From: Planctomycetales bacterium
GTDB lineage: Bacteria > 4484-113
Reading direction: 5' to 3'
Assembly (NCBI GenBank): GCA_037441675.1
Contig: JBBIRS010000001.1
Coordinates: forward strand, 101,428-165,427
DNA: 64,000 nt
A program made the translations under genes and the position numbers. Below, in pieces: positions 48,230-58,337 of the stretch. The notes under the pieces were generated by a model. It was not told the origin of the DNA. It made no database searches and saw only the letters and a list, made by a program, of their open reading frames with translations. Numbering within the stretch: the stretch's first letter is position 1; each line of letters opens with the position of its first letter.

Positions 48230-49573
48230 ATGAGAGGCATATCGGAACAGGTGAAAATTGGAATTTTTATTGTTATTGCGGTTGGATTAGCCTACTTCGG
48301 CTACAACTCAGTTATAAAAATTACAAAACCTAGTACTTACTCAGTTAAAGTTGAATTTAAGGATGCACGTGGAATTTCAAAAGGGACGCCTGTGCGTCGG
48401 GCGGGAACCGACATTGGCTGGGTAGAAAGTGTTAGCCTTGATTCGGAAAGGGGAATCGCCGTTGCTGACGTTAGGATATTATCAAGAGCAACATTTCCCA
48501 AAGATGCCATATTCTACATAGTTTCGGAAGGGTTGATTGAGGAAAAGTTTCTCCTGATTCGTGATAGTCCAAAACCCACTCCTGGACTTGGATACGCTGA
48601 GGAAGGAGATATTTTTCAGGGTGAGCTTGCCCCAGGCTTTACCGATATACTGAGAAGCGCAAACGAGGCACTAATACAAGTAAACCGAATACTGAATGTA
48701 GCTGGCTCCTTTATGAGTGAAGAAAAACTGGGAGGAATAGTTCAGGAGCTACTTTCTGAGCTTAATTCTACTATAGGTTCAGCGAGGGTAGTTTTGGAGC
48801 GAATAAGCTCGCTTCTAGGCTCAACTCAAGGAGATATAACCGATACAGTTAAAAATATTCAACAAGCCACTTCCGACTTGAGCGAGGTTTCAAGGGAAGT
48901 TAAGTTAGCGGTTCAACAGACCGACTTACCAAATAGAGTGGAAGCACTTCTTATGCAGATTGATGCTAGCCTTTCTTTGATAAATAAAATCGCCTCAGAT
49001 ATAGCAGAGCTTACCTCTGATGAGCAGTTCAAGGACGATATTAAGGGGGTTTTCCATGAGGGGAAAGAAGCTCTGACGGAAAGTAAAGAAACCCTAAAAA
49101 CGCTGAGGGGAACTTTAGAGAAGGTGGACAAAAAGCTAGAAAGATTTGGAGGTTTGGGGTTTGAGGGAAAGTTGAATATTAGAAATGAAAGTACTCACAA
49201 TAAGAGTAGAAGTGATAATGCCTATATTGATGTCAAAACGAGGGTAACTGTGGGTGAAAATAGCCTTGACCTCGGTGTAGAAAATCTTAGCGAAGACACC
49301 CCTGAAGACGCAGGAATGGTTCTACAAGTTGGAAAGAAAGCTGGGGATTCTATTCTTGTTCGTGGAGGGGTTTATCGTGATGAGCTTGGAGTAGGTGTTG
49401 ATCTTTTTGGTGGAGATTCTGTTTCGCTCTCATTAGATGCTTTTAATCTAAACAATCCCGCTCTGAATTCATATCTCACTTTACCCTTTCCGCGTAGGTT
49501 CAAACTTCTCCTGGGAGTGGAGGATGTAGGAGACCGCAATCAATACAACGCAGGTATACAGGTGCACTTTTAG
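48230..49573 (+). CDS. mlaD: MlaD-like MCE-domain protein with a long helical extension and a C-terminal beta-rich segment ending in Phe
   Basis: N-terminal TM helix; MCE domain YSVKVEFKDARGISKGTPVRRAGTDIGWVESVSL; about 250 aa of coiled coil; C-terminus ...YNAGIQVHF. Confidence 0.75.
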   Translation: MRGISEQVKIGIFIVIAVGLAYFGYNSVIKITKPSTYSVKVEFKDARGISKGTPVRRAGTDIGWVESVSLDSERGIAVADVRILSRATFPKDAIFYIVSEGLIEEKFLLIRDSPKPTPGLGYAEEGDIFQGELAPGFTDILRSANEALIQVNRILNVAGSFMSEEKLGGIVQELLSELNSTIGSARVVLERISSLLGSTQGDITDTVKNIQQATSDLSEVSREVKLAVQQTDLPNRVEALLMQIDASLSLINKIASDIAELTSDEQFKDDIKGVFHEGKEALTESKETLKTLRGTLEKVDKKLERFGGLGFEGKLNIRNESTHNKSRSDNAYIDVKTRVTVGENSLDLGVENLSEDTPEDAGMVLQVGKKAGDSILVRGGVYRDELGVGVDLFGGDSVSLSLDAFNLNNPALNSYLTLPFPRRFKLLLGVEDVGDRNQYNAGIQVHF

Positions 49574-49576
49574 GTC

Positions 49577-52500
49577 GTGAAAAAAAAACCTAAAATACCT
49601 CGCTTCATCATCATTCTGTTCTCGTTTCTACTCATACTTTCTTCTGTTCTCTTATACCTTCTTTGGCTGAAAGTTCCGAAAATATTGGAGGAGAAAACAA
49701 AGGCGCTGATAAACGATTTTGTGCAGAAAAGCGAAATTGGAGAGCTTAAATTCGATTCAATAAGCCTTAGACTTGCTTTTCCATCTTCAATTATTCTAAG
49801 AAATGTTGAATTAAGAATACCAGAGCAAAATGAATCGCTTCTCACTGCCAAATCAGTTAGGCTGAGCTTACCTCTCGTTAAAGTCCTAAGGGGAAAGTAT
49901 CCAATCAATGTCAACTTAACTTTTGAGAAAGCAAAAATCACGATTCACTACTTTGGCAATGGTAAATTCAGCATTTCCCCTATGATCGAAAGCTTGCTGA
50001 GAAAAAAGAAAAAGGTCACAGAAGTATCGAGTATTCGAGCGTCTTCTCAAAACTTATCTATGATAATCTTGATGGATGAGGGTAGTTCTTCTGATATCTC
50101 AACTGCTATAAAGAATAATATTTTGCCTAGAAGGGCTTCCCTGCTAAAGAACTTAGACAAGATTTCTAAAATGTATCATGTAAAGTGGGAAGGGGGAGCG
50201 GTTTCAATAGTTGACGAACTATTAACGAGTTTGAGTTTTATTAAACCACGAAAGGCTGTTAACTTTAATCTCACATTTAGCTTCAATCATATCTTCCAAA
50301 CGGGAATGAGCTATGTTCACCTGCGTTTAACCTCTCCTGTTAAAGCTGAATTCAAATCAACCCTTTCCTTTATATCAGGGAAGTATGAAATCAACGGGAA
50401 AGTGAATGAGTTAATACCTTCAGATTTGCCATTGTCTCTTCCAAGAATTTTAGAAAAATCGATGGAAAAGACTGTCTTGTCTCTTTCCGGCGTTCAGATT
50501 AGTATTTCACCTAAAAAGAGAAAAGTGTTGTTTGATACTCTGCTAAAAGACCTCACAATTCCCCTTGGCGGTAATAATGAGATAAAAGTGCCAACTATTA
50601 CGGTAGTGAAAAAGGCGCAAGGATATTTTCTTAAAAGTAAGCTAAGCATAGTTGAAGGCATAGCTGATGTAAGTTTAACTTGGGGCAAAACTCCACTCCT
50701 AGCGCTTAAATTCAACGATTTTCCTTTCAGCAGTATTGCGAAATCAATCGGTGCCTTTAGTGTTGCCTCTATGGATGGAGAGCTAACGTTGAAAAAGACG
50801 AACTCCCAATGGTTGAGTAACCTTAACCTCAATCTAACGGACTTAGAAGCAGAGACTAAAAAAGTTTTGGACATACTAGAACTAAAGGGTCAGGTTTCTA
50901 ATCAATTAAATCTAAGGCTAAATGGTTTTAAGCAAAGAAGGAGGAATTTCTCCCTACTTGTAAGTGGTAATAGCAAAGCTTTCAAATATAAAGCTAGTTT
51001 CTCCTTCACAGGGGGGGAAATAGATTTAGCTCAAAGTATCCAATTAGAATTCCCTATATCCCTCTCTCATTTACATGGGCTCACAGAGGGGGAGATAAAG
51101 ATTTCTCCCCTTCGTATTGAAGGGTCATTTAAGGATACAAGGGCAGAATTTCCCGATTTTTCGGTTCTTTTAAGTAAGGGAGAAGTTTCAATTACCTCTC
51201 AAGCATTTTCGCTCTCACTCAGTGAAGGTGCGCTAATTTTATCTGCTCCATTCAAAGACCAGCATATCCTTCAAGAGTTGTTGCCCACAAGATTCAAATT
51301 AGCAGGTGGTTTCTTTGGAAGTAGAAAGAAGGATTCTTGGCAATTTGGCTGTAATTTATCTGGCGAAGGAAAAGGCTTGAAGTTCCCAATTAGATACAGA
51401 CTTGAAGCTAAAGGCGAAGCCTCTGAGATAAAAACAAACCTGACATTTTATGGTTTTTTTCGTGATGAACCTCTTTTTGGCGTGGCAAACGCCATCGCTA
51501 CTTTCGCTGGCTTAAAAGGCTTCTCCCTTGAGGGTAACCTTGGGAGAACAGAGTTTACCGCGTTTGGTGATATTCCCATTGGCGGTTCATTAAATCTGGG
51601 CTTCAACGCACGTGGCGTGCGCTTTAACGTAAACAATGCAATTGTGAAGCAAATAGGGGAAGCAACTATAGGTGGGCAAGTATCAGGAACTTGGTCAAAG
51701 CCGATTATCTCCGCCATTATTAGTATTCCTAGGGTGTATCTTAGAGAGATAAAATCCGCCGATAAAGAATTTAGCCTTATACGAAACGTTAGCCTGCCAA
51801 TCAGCTGGAATAATAATCAATTAACTTTTCACGAGGGCACCTTCTTTTATAATGGCTCTCTCTGTTACTTTCAAGGCATAGTTCAAGGGGGAAAGTCAGA
51901 TTTCAGCATAACCTCACCAGCTTTTAGCCTAGCTCCTGTTTTGAAAGCGCTCTTCGTAAATCAAACATTTCAATGGGTCGGTAATGGCGAATTTTCAGCT
52001 AGGATAATTTCTCAGAACTCTTCCACTATCTATAAAGCTTCCTTTTCGCAGAGAACGGGAACGTGGGAAGATGTTGGCATTAAGCGAGTGAACTTTCGCA
52101 TAAGTGGCGATAACAACCATTTACGGGTTAGTCAAGGAGAGATTAATCTTGACAAAGGGGGAGCTAAAATCTCAGGCATCCTTTATTTTGGAAGTGGGCG
52201 AGAAAGTGAAGTCACTGCCATATTTGATGATTTCCCATTGTTCGCCGACTTGAGAGGTGCAATAGTCACCCCCTTCAGTGACATTAAAGGTTATCTCTCA
52301 GGCACTATTAGGCTAGCTAATGTTGGTGGTGAATTTCTTGTCTCTGGTGACGTTTCATTGCGCGATGCAAAACTTCTTGGAACTAATTTTGATACGTTTA
52401 AGGTACGCTTTTTCCAGGAAAGAAATGGCGTTCAAATTGATGAATTAGTTCTTTTTAATAACGAGAACTACCTACAAGGTTACGGCTTTTGGGGGGAGAA

Positions 52501-54223
52501 CCCCGCAGATACATTGATAAACCTAGAGGTTCCCCTTATCAATATGGCAATCTTTTCGCCATTTGTTCCAGTTTATCTTTCCCCACTGGAAGGGAATTTT
52601 GGAGCAAATTTAGTCGTTAGACAGAGAAAAACTGGTGAAGCCGAGATAGTGGGAAGTTTCCAGAGCGCTGGAGAGCGGGTTAAACTTGCAGGAGTTGAAT
52701 TTGACAGAATCGAGGGGAGACTGCGTTACTTTAACGGCGTCATTGAAGCTGATAACATTGCCTTAAGGATGGGTTCTTCTAACCTAAAGGCTAGTGGGTC
52801 AATTCCAATTGTCAAGGGTAGCAGGAATCTTCACTTGAGTATAGAAGCAAGTAAGCTAAGTGCTCAATCTATTACCGAAACTCTTCACTATAACAATTTC
52901 AAGAGCGATGGTTATGTGTCTTTTAACCTATCAGTAAGTGGAAGCCTAGAACATCCAGAGTTTGCAGGGACAGCTCTTCTCAATTTGCAGGACGTTCGCA
53001 TACTTGACTTAATTTCACTTCCACGGTTGGATGGTGATTTTCGGATTGAAGAAAATGAGGTATTTATTGATTCACTCAGGGCTTATACTGCCACGCCACC
53101 CATAAACGTGAAAGATGAAGGAAGTTTTGCTGAAGTATCAGGGAAGCTTAAACTTGATCCGTCGCAGAGTAGTATTGACTCAGCTAACCTCATTATTCAA
53201 CTTGATGATACGAACTACATCAAAGTCAAGGGTTACATTGATGGCGGTCTTTCGGGTAGATTGCAACTGGTGAAGCTATCTTCAAAGGATGCCCCCTTGT
53301 TACAAGGTGAAGTAACGCTAAAGAAAGGCTCTGAAGCGAGAATACCTTCCTTACCGCTATCCGCAGTGCCAATCCTTAATAAGGATGCACTGTTAGACAT
53401 TTCACTTACCGTTGAGAAATCCAGCCTCCTAAAGTATCCAGCTGGCGCAATGGAGGCAGAGTTCTATGGAGCTCTCAAGCTTAACGGGTCTCTGTCCTCT
53501 CCACTAATCACAGGCGAACTTATCCTGCCATCTGGTTCAATGGTGGTTTATCATCATTTAGTTCGTCTTATTGAACCAGCGACCATTACATTTTCTCCCG
53601 GTGCTGGCTTTATACCCTTTATAACCGGTGTTGCGTCAACGCATATTCCGGGTGTCCTTGCAGAAACAGCGTCTCCTGTGGTAGATGAGGCAGCTTCCCA
53701 TTTGCTACCTATGTTTCCCCATGCTGATTCAGACCTTACAATTTTCTTCCACTTCAACAACCTGCTTACAGAGGAATCTCTAAATGCAGTTCAGCTTTCA
53801 TCTTCTCCTCCCCTTCCGCAGGAAACCATTCGTTCTTATCTTGTAGGCGAGATGCCGGGGCAGGTCACTAGGAGCTCGCTTGAAACATTGGTGGAAAAGG
53901 AGGCATTGCTCTTTTCTTCAAGCAGATTGTCCAGGTTCCTAGAGGAAACCTTAGAATTCAAAAGATTTGAATTGAGAGCCTATTCAACGCGGGAGGGTAC
54001 TCCACTATACCTAAATGTTGAAAAGAATCTAACAAGTGAGTTATCAGCAAGGTATCTGCAGACCTTCTTTACTACGCTTGACGAGAGGCAAGAACTTGCT
54101 CTCAAATACTTAATTAACAAGAATCCCGCTTATCGCTCATCTCTGGAGGTGTTATTAAGAAGAAGAGCTCAGTTACAGGAAGAATTTGCTATAAATGCTG
54201 AAATTGAACGAAAATTCAAGTGA
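49577..54223 (+). CDS. TamB/AsmA-like giant protein (1548 aa) with an N-terminal TM anchor and a DUF490-like C-terminus
   Basis: Single N-terminal TM helix, a very long beta-rich body, and a C-terminal segment ...YLNVEKNLTSELSARYLQTFF... typical of TamB; 3-nt gap after mlaD. Confidence 0.65.
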   Translation: MKKKPKIPRFIIILFSFLLILSSVLLYLLWLKVPKILEEKTKALINDFVQKSEIGELKFDSISLRLAFPSSIILRNVELRIPEQNESLLTAKSVRLSLPLVKVLRGKYPINVNLTFEKAKITIHYFGNGKFSISPMIESLLRKKKKVTEVSSIRASSQNLSMIILMDEGSSSDISTAIKNNILPRRASLLKNLDKISKMYHVKWEGGAVSIVDELLTSLSFIKPRKAVNFNLTFSFNHIFQTGMSYVHLRLTSPVKAEFKSTLSFISGKYEINGKVNELIPSDLPLSLPRILEKSMEKTVLSLSGVQISISPKKRKVLFDTLLKDLTIPLGGNNEIKVPTITVVKKAQGYFLKSKLSIVEGIADVSLTWGKTPLLALKFNDFPFSSIAKSIGAFSVASMDGELTLKKTNSQWLSNLNLNLTDLEAETKKVLDILELKGQVSNQLNLRLNGFKQRRRNFSLLVSGNSKAFKYKASFSFTGGEIDLAQSIQLEFPISLSHLHGLTEGEIKISPLRIEGSFKDTRAEFPDFSVLLSKGEVSITSQAFSLSLSEGALILSAPFKDQHILQELLPTRFKLAGGFFGSRKKDSWQFGCNLSGEGKGLKFPIRYRLEAKGEASEIKTNLTFYGFFRDEPLFGVANAIATFAGLKGFSLEGNLGRTEFTAFGDIPIGGSLNLGFNARGVRFNVNNAIVKQIGEATIGGQVSGTWSKPIISAIISIPRVYLREIKSADKEFSLIRNVSLPISWNNNQLTFHEGTFFYNGSLCYFQGIVQGGKSDFSITSPAFSLAPVLKALFVNQTFQWVGNGEFSARIISQNSSTIYKASFSQRTGTWEDVGIKRVNFRISGDNNHLRVSQGEINLDKGGAKISGILYFGSGRESEVTAIFDDFPLFADLRGAIVTPFSDIKGYLSGTIRLANVGGEFLVSGDVSLRDAKLLGTNFDTFKVRFFQERNGVQIDELVLFNNENYLQGYGFWGENPADTLINLEVPLINMAIFSPFVPVYLSPLEGNFGANLVVRQRKTGEAEIVGSFQSAGERVKLAGVEFDRIEGRLRYFNGVIEADNIALRMGSSNLKASGSIPIVKGSRNLHLSIEASKLSAQSITETLHYNNFKSDGYVSFNLSVSGSLEHPEFAGTALLNLQDVRILDLISLPRLDGDFRIEENEVFIDSLRAYTATPPINVKDEGSFAEVSGKLKLDPSQSSIDSANLIIQLDDTNYIKVKGYIDGGLSGRLQLVKLSSKDAPLLQGEVTLKKGSEARIPSLPLSAVPILNKDALLDISLTVEKSSLLKYPAGAMEAEFYGALKLNGSLSSPLITGELILPSGSMVVYHHLVRLIEPATITFSPGAGFIPFITGVASTHIPGVLAETASPVVDEAASHLLPMFPHADSDLTIFFHFNNLLTEESLNAVQLSSSPPLPQETIRSYLVGEMPGQVTRSSLETLVEKEALLFSSSRLSRFLEETLEFKRFELRAYSTREGTPLYLNVEKNLTSELSARYLQTFFTTLDERQELALKYLINKNPAYRSSLEVLLRRRAQLQEEFAINAEIERKFK

Positions 54224-54230
54224 GGATAGG

Positions 54231-54659
54231 ATGGAGACCAAATTCGAATACAGTGATTACTGCTTTGCTTGCGGTGGCTTAAATCCTCTAGGTTTGCACT
54301 TGCAATTCTCTTTTGAAGATGGCAAGTTAAAGACCGAATTTCTTCCCCATCAACAATTTCAAGGCTATCAAGGATTGTTGCACGGCGGACTTGTTTGCAC
54401 GATTCTAGATGAGTTGATGGTTCACTTAGTAACTCGTCTCTTTAGTAAGGTTGTGGTGACTGCTGAGCTTTCAGTTCGGTTCAAGCGTCCTGTGGAAGTT
54501 GGCAGATTACTAATTGCACAAGCAACTTTAATTAAGCATCGGAAGAAGGTTTATCATTGCACGGGAGAGCTCCTTGAAGCTGAAAACTCTAACCTTATCG
54601 CCGAGGGTAAAGCAATGCTGGTAGAACCTGCGTCACATACTGAAGTTAATGTATGCTGA
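54231..54659 (+). CDS. hotdog-fold thioesterase (PaaI/4HBT-like); start at METKF, overlapping the tamB-like gene's 3' end
   Basis: GLLHGGLVCTILDELMVHLV motif and hotdog length. Confidence 0.65.
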   Translation: METKFEYSDYCFACGGLNPLGLHLQFSFEDGKLKTEFLPHQQFQGYQGLLHGGLVCTILDELMVHLVTRLFSKVVVTAELSVRFKRPVEVGRLLIAQATLIKHRKKVYHCTGELLEAENSNLIAEGKAMLVEPASHTEVNVC

Positions 54660-55275
54660 ACTTTCCTCCTTCTATCATATAAAGTTGCTCCAGGTTTCTA
54701 ATCCCCAAATGATCAAGGTAGCTTAACATTCTGCTGAGAATTCTTGCAGTTGCCAGTGCATCACCGTAGGCTCTATGCCTATCCCTTACGTCAAAACCTA
54801 GAAAAGTTGCGATAGTTCCAAGGTTATAGCCCGGAAGCCAGGGGAAGATTCTTCTTGCGAGTTTTCTCGTGCACAAAACACCGTTTCTAATCTGTTTATT
54901 CAAGTGCTCATTGCAGGCAAGTCCAAGAAGCTGGGTATCAAAACTTGCATTGTGCGCAACTATGATTGCACCTTCAAGAAATTCTAATAGTTCAGCTATT
55001 ATCTCTTTGATGGTAGGTTTACCAGCCACCATCTCATTAGTAATGCCTGTTAATTTAGTTATAAAGGGTGGAATTGGCTTTTCGGGGTTAACCAAAGTGT
55101 GGTAGTGCTTCTCAATTTGGTTTCCCCGCATTAAGAAGCCAGTAATTTCTATAATCCGCTCGTAAAGTGGATTTCCACCCGTGGCTTCAATATCAATGAC
55201 CGCGAAGAGAATATGAAAAAGGGTGCCATCCTCAGTGGATGTACTATTTACGTATGAAGCATTCATTACGGACAC
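54646..55275 (-). CDS. DnaQ-like 3'-5' exonuclease (DEDDh)
   Basis: Exo I FAVIDIEATG, Exo II AIIVAHNASFD and Exo III HRAYGDALATARI. Confidence 0.8.
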   Translation of the reverse strand: MSVMNASYVNSTSTEDGTLFHILFAVIDIEATGGNPLYERIIEITGFLMRGNQIEKHYHTLVNPEKPIPPFITKLTGITNEMVAGKPTIKEIIAELLEFLEGAIIVAHNASFDTQLLGLACNEHLNKQIRNGVLCTRKLARRIFPWLPGYNLGTIATFLGFDVRDRHRAYGDALATARILSRMLSYLDHLGIRNLEQLYMIEGGKFSIH

Positions 55276-55323
55276 AGCTTAAAAGTTTACCATAGGTTTA
55301 ATCTGTAAGTATAATGTTAGATT

Positions 55324-55971
55324 GTGGTAGGAAAAACTTCCCCCATTCTGGAGGCAATAAAGCGGTTGACCAATCGCTATAAGAGACATCCGCTAGGCAT
55401 TGATCGAACTACAGATCCATTCAGGACTTTAGTGTCAACTCTTATGAGTGCTCGCACCAAAGACCCTGTTACCGTTGAGGCGACTGAAAGGCTTTTTTCT
55501 ATCATTTCCACTCCTGAGGAACTACTCTCTCTCCCTGAGACGGAATTAGCTAGGCTCATTTATCCCGTTGGGTTTTATCGGAATAAAGCCAAACAGCTTA
55601 AAAAGACTGCGAAAGTTCTAATTGAGAAGTTTAACGGGATAGTTCCAATGACGCTGGAAGAACTCACAGAGCTTCCAGGTGTTGGAAGGAAGACCGCGAA
55701 CTTGATACTCTCAGTAACTTTCAACAAGCCCGCTATTTGCGTTGATACCCACGTTCACCGAATTAGTAACCGATTGGGTTGGGTGAAAACTAACGACGTA
55801 ATTGACACTGAAGAGGAACTAATGAAAGTAGTGCCAAAGAAACATTGGTCAACCCTGAATCTAGTTCTTGTAAATCTTGGTCAACAGATATGCCATCCAA
55901 CTTCCCCAAAGTGTAGTGAATGTTTCTTGGCTGATATTTGTCCCAAGATTGGTGTTAAGAGGAGCAGGTAG
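55324..55971 (+). CDS. nth: endonuclease III
   Basis: HhH-GPD motif LPGVGRKTANLIL, catalytic region VDTHVHRISNRLGW and FeS cluster loop CHPTSPKCSECFLADIC. Confidence 0.88.
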   Translation: MVGKTSPILEAIKRLTNRYKRHPLGIDRTTDPFRTLVSTLMSARTKDPVTVEATERLFSIISTPEELLSLPETELARLIYPVGFYRNKAKQLKKTAKVLIEKFNGIVPMTLEELTELPGVGRKTANLILSVTFNKPAICVDTHVHRISNRLGWVKTNDVIDTEEELMKVVPKKHWSTLNLVLVNLGQQICHPTSPKCSECFLADICPKIGVKRSR

Positions 55972-56050
55972 AAGTATTTCCATTGGTGGTTTAATAATCT
56001 CTTTTTGCTAACCGCAATTTATCTTTTCATTCACGAATCTAGTGGTAGTT

Positions 56051-56629
56051 TCATTTTCTCCTTTCCTGTCTTTGGTCCTTTTGCTCTTCTCTTTTTTCTT
56101 CCGCTCTATCCCTCAACTCACCTTTTTCTCTCTTTTCTTCACTTGGGATCACCCTAGGGATAGGCCTTTCCGTTGGGATCAATTCCACAGGGTAAGTCCC
56201 GTATTTTTCAACTTGCTCCGGTGTAGCGTAATAGAGATACCAAATTCTCCCTTCTTTTACCCACTTCACTGGTTTAGTCTGTGCAAGTGGTAAATCTCCT
56301 CTTTTCACAATCCAAGTAACTCCAAAATGACCCGAAATTCTATACATAACATCCTTGAGCTTAACCTCTTCCTTTCTCCCCAGTGGGCTTTCGCTGATTC
56401 TTTTCTGAAATTCTTCAATAATCTCAAAAGCTTCACCCTCCGCCTTTTTACTAACGGAAGGTGGCAGAAAGTCGCTTAACCTATCCCTTGTGTTCTTGCC
56501 AGTGAAAAGGTTGTAAAAAGAGACAGCTCTATTTGGTAGATTAGTGGTAGAACTATCGCAGGAAACTAAGATTATCAGTGAAATTCCTAAAACGGAAAAT
56601 AGAAATAGGATTAATTTTTTAATCCTCAC
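56051..56629 (-). CDS. hypothetical lipoprotein with a Lys/Glu/Arg-rich C-terminal tail
   Basis: Signal peptide plus lipobox LVSC; the low-complexity basic/acidic C-terminus has no match I recognise. Confidence 0.45.
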   Translation of the reverse strand: MRIKKLILFLFSVLGISLIILVSCDSSTTNLPNRAVSFYNLFTGKNTRDRLSDFLPPSVSKKAEGEAFEIIEEFQKRISESPLGRKEEVKLKDVMYRISGHFGVTWIVKRGDLPLAQTKPVKWVKEGRIWYLYYATPEQVEKYGTYPVELIPTERPIPRVIPSEEKREKGELRDRAEEKREEQKDQRQERRK

Positions 56630-56632
56630 TTC

Positions 56633-58303
56633 TTAAATATTACCACTTACTTTCAGTCCGTATTTCTTAGCGGTAGCAATTGCTTCCTCATATCCCGCAT
56701 CTGCGTGGCGCATAATTCCTGTCCAGGGGTCAGAATTTAGCACCTTCTCAATCTTTTTCGCCTGCTCATTGGTCCCATCTGCGACAACGACCATTCCAGC
56801 GTGAAGCGAGTAGCCTATCCCAACACCGCCTCCATGGTGAAAGCTTACCCAACTTGCTCCACATACCGCATTTAATAGCGCATTGAGCACAGGCCAATCT
56901 CCAATAGCATCACTTCCATCCTTCATTCCCTCTGTTTCACGATTTGGACTAGCCACGCTACCCGAATCAAGATGGTCTCTTCCTATAACGATAGGCGCTT
57001 TGACCTTACCCTTTTTGACTAGCTCGTTGAACAAAAGCCCAGCCTTATCCCTCTCATAATATCCCAACCAGCATATCCGTGAAGGTAATCCCTGAAACTT
57101 AACTTTCTCTCCCGCCAGCTTAAGCCATCTTTTCAGATGCTCTTTCTCTGGGAAAAGTTCTGCAAGAGCTCTGTCGCTTTCTTATATATATTGAGGATCA
57201 CGTCAAAGTGCACCCCATCTAAATGGACCCTCACCACGGCAGAATAGTGGTCTTATATAAGCCTGCACGAAGCCGGGGAACTTAAATGCATCCTTTAGCC
57301 CTCTATTTTCCGCCACCTGCCCACGAATATTGTTCCCGTAGTCAAATACAACAGCTCCGCTATCTTGAAAAGCAAGCATTGCTTTCACCTGTTTTGCCAT
57401 GCTATCGTAGGCAAGCTCACGGTACTTTTCCGGTGACGTGTGTCGAAGTTCTAGCGCCTCTTCATAGGGAATACCTGCAGGTACATAGCCATTCAGCTCA
57501 TCATGGGCGCTTGTTTGGTCAGTGACCACATCCGGGATAATCCCCCTTCTCACAAGCTCCGGATGGGTATCTGCGGCATTAGCAGTTAGTCCAATTGAGA
57601 GAGCCTCACCTTTTTCTTTCGCCCTCAAAGCCATTTCCACCGCTTCGTCAAGATTGTCTGCAACCGTATCCAAATACCCTGTTTTCAGCCTTCGTTCAAC
57701 TCTATCCTTATCAACCTCAACGCAAATACCGACACCACCGTTCATAGTTATTGCTAAAGGTTGAGCACCACCCATTCCACCAAGACCTGCGGTCAGAACA
57801 AGCTTGCCCTTTAGGCTTCCATCAAAATGCTTATTAGCCACAGCGGCTAATGTTTCATACGTTCCTTGCAGGATTCCTTGGGTGCCAATATAAATCCAGC
57901 TCCCGGCGGTCATCTGGCCAAACATAGTCAAGCCCATTCTCTCGTATTTTCTGAAATTCTCCCAAGTTGCCCAAGCGGGGACAATAACACTATTCACTAT
58001 CAAAACTCTTGGCGCCCATTCGCTGGTTGGGAATATGCCCACCGCCTTTCCTGATTGGACCAAAAGGGTTTCGTCGTTTTCAAGATGCCTTAGCGCTCTT
58101 AATATCCCTTCAAAGCATTCCCAATTTCTTGCAGCTTTTCCAGTCCCGCCATAAACAATAAGCTCTTCAGGCTTTTCAGCAACTTCAGGGCTTAAGTTGT
58201 GCTGTATCATTCTATAAGCCGCCTCTTGCACCCACCCCTTGCAGTTAAGTTGATTTCCAGTAGGGGGGGTAACCACTCGGTGTTCTGTCTTCATCATAGC
58301 CAT
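56633..58303 (-). pseudogene. hutU: urocanate hydratase (hutU) interrupted by two in-frame stop codons
   Basis: N-terminal ORF 57203-58303 and C-terminal ORF 56633-57067 are in the same frame and together align to full-length urocanase (...[36 protein letters not shown]...). TGA at 57203-57205 replaces a Ser codon and TAA at 57182-57184 replaces a Tyr codon. Confidence 0.75.
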
Positions 58304-58337
58304 ATGAATTTCTCAAAAAATAATTTACATATTTTTT

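Noticed and set aside
56633-58303. Possible stop-codon reassignment (TGA or TAA read as sense) explaining the in-frame stops in hutU
   Set aside because: TGA and TAA terminate many well-conserved genes in this same window at positions matching homolog C-termini. Two different stop codons would need reassigning at once. A pseudogene or sequence error is far more economical.
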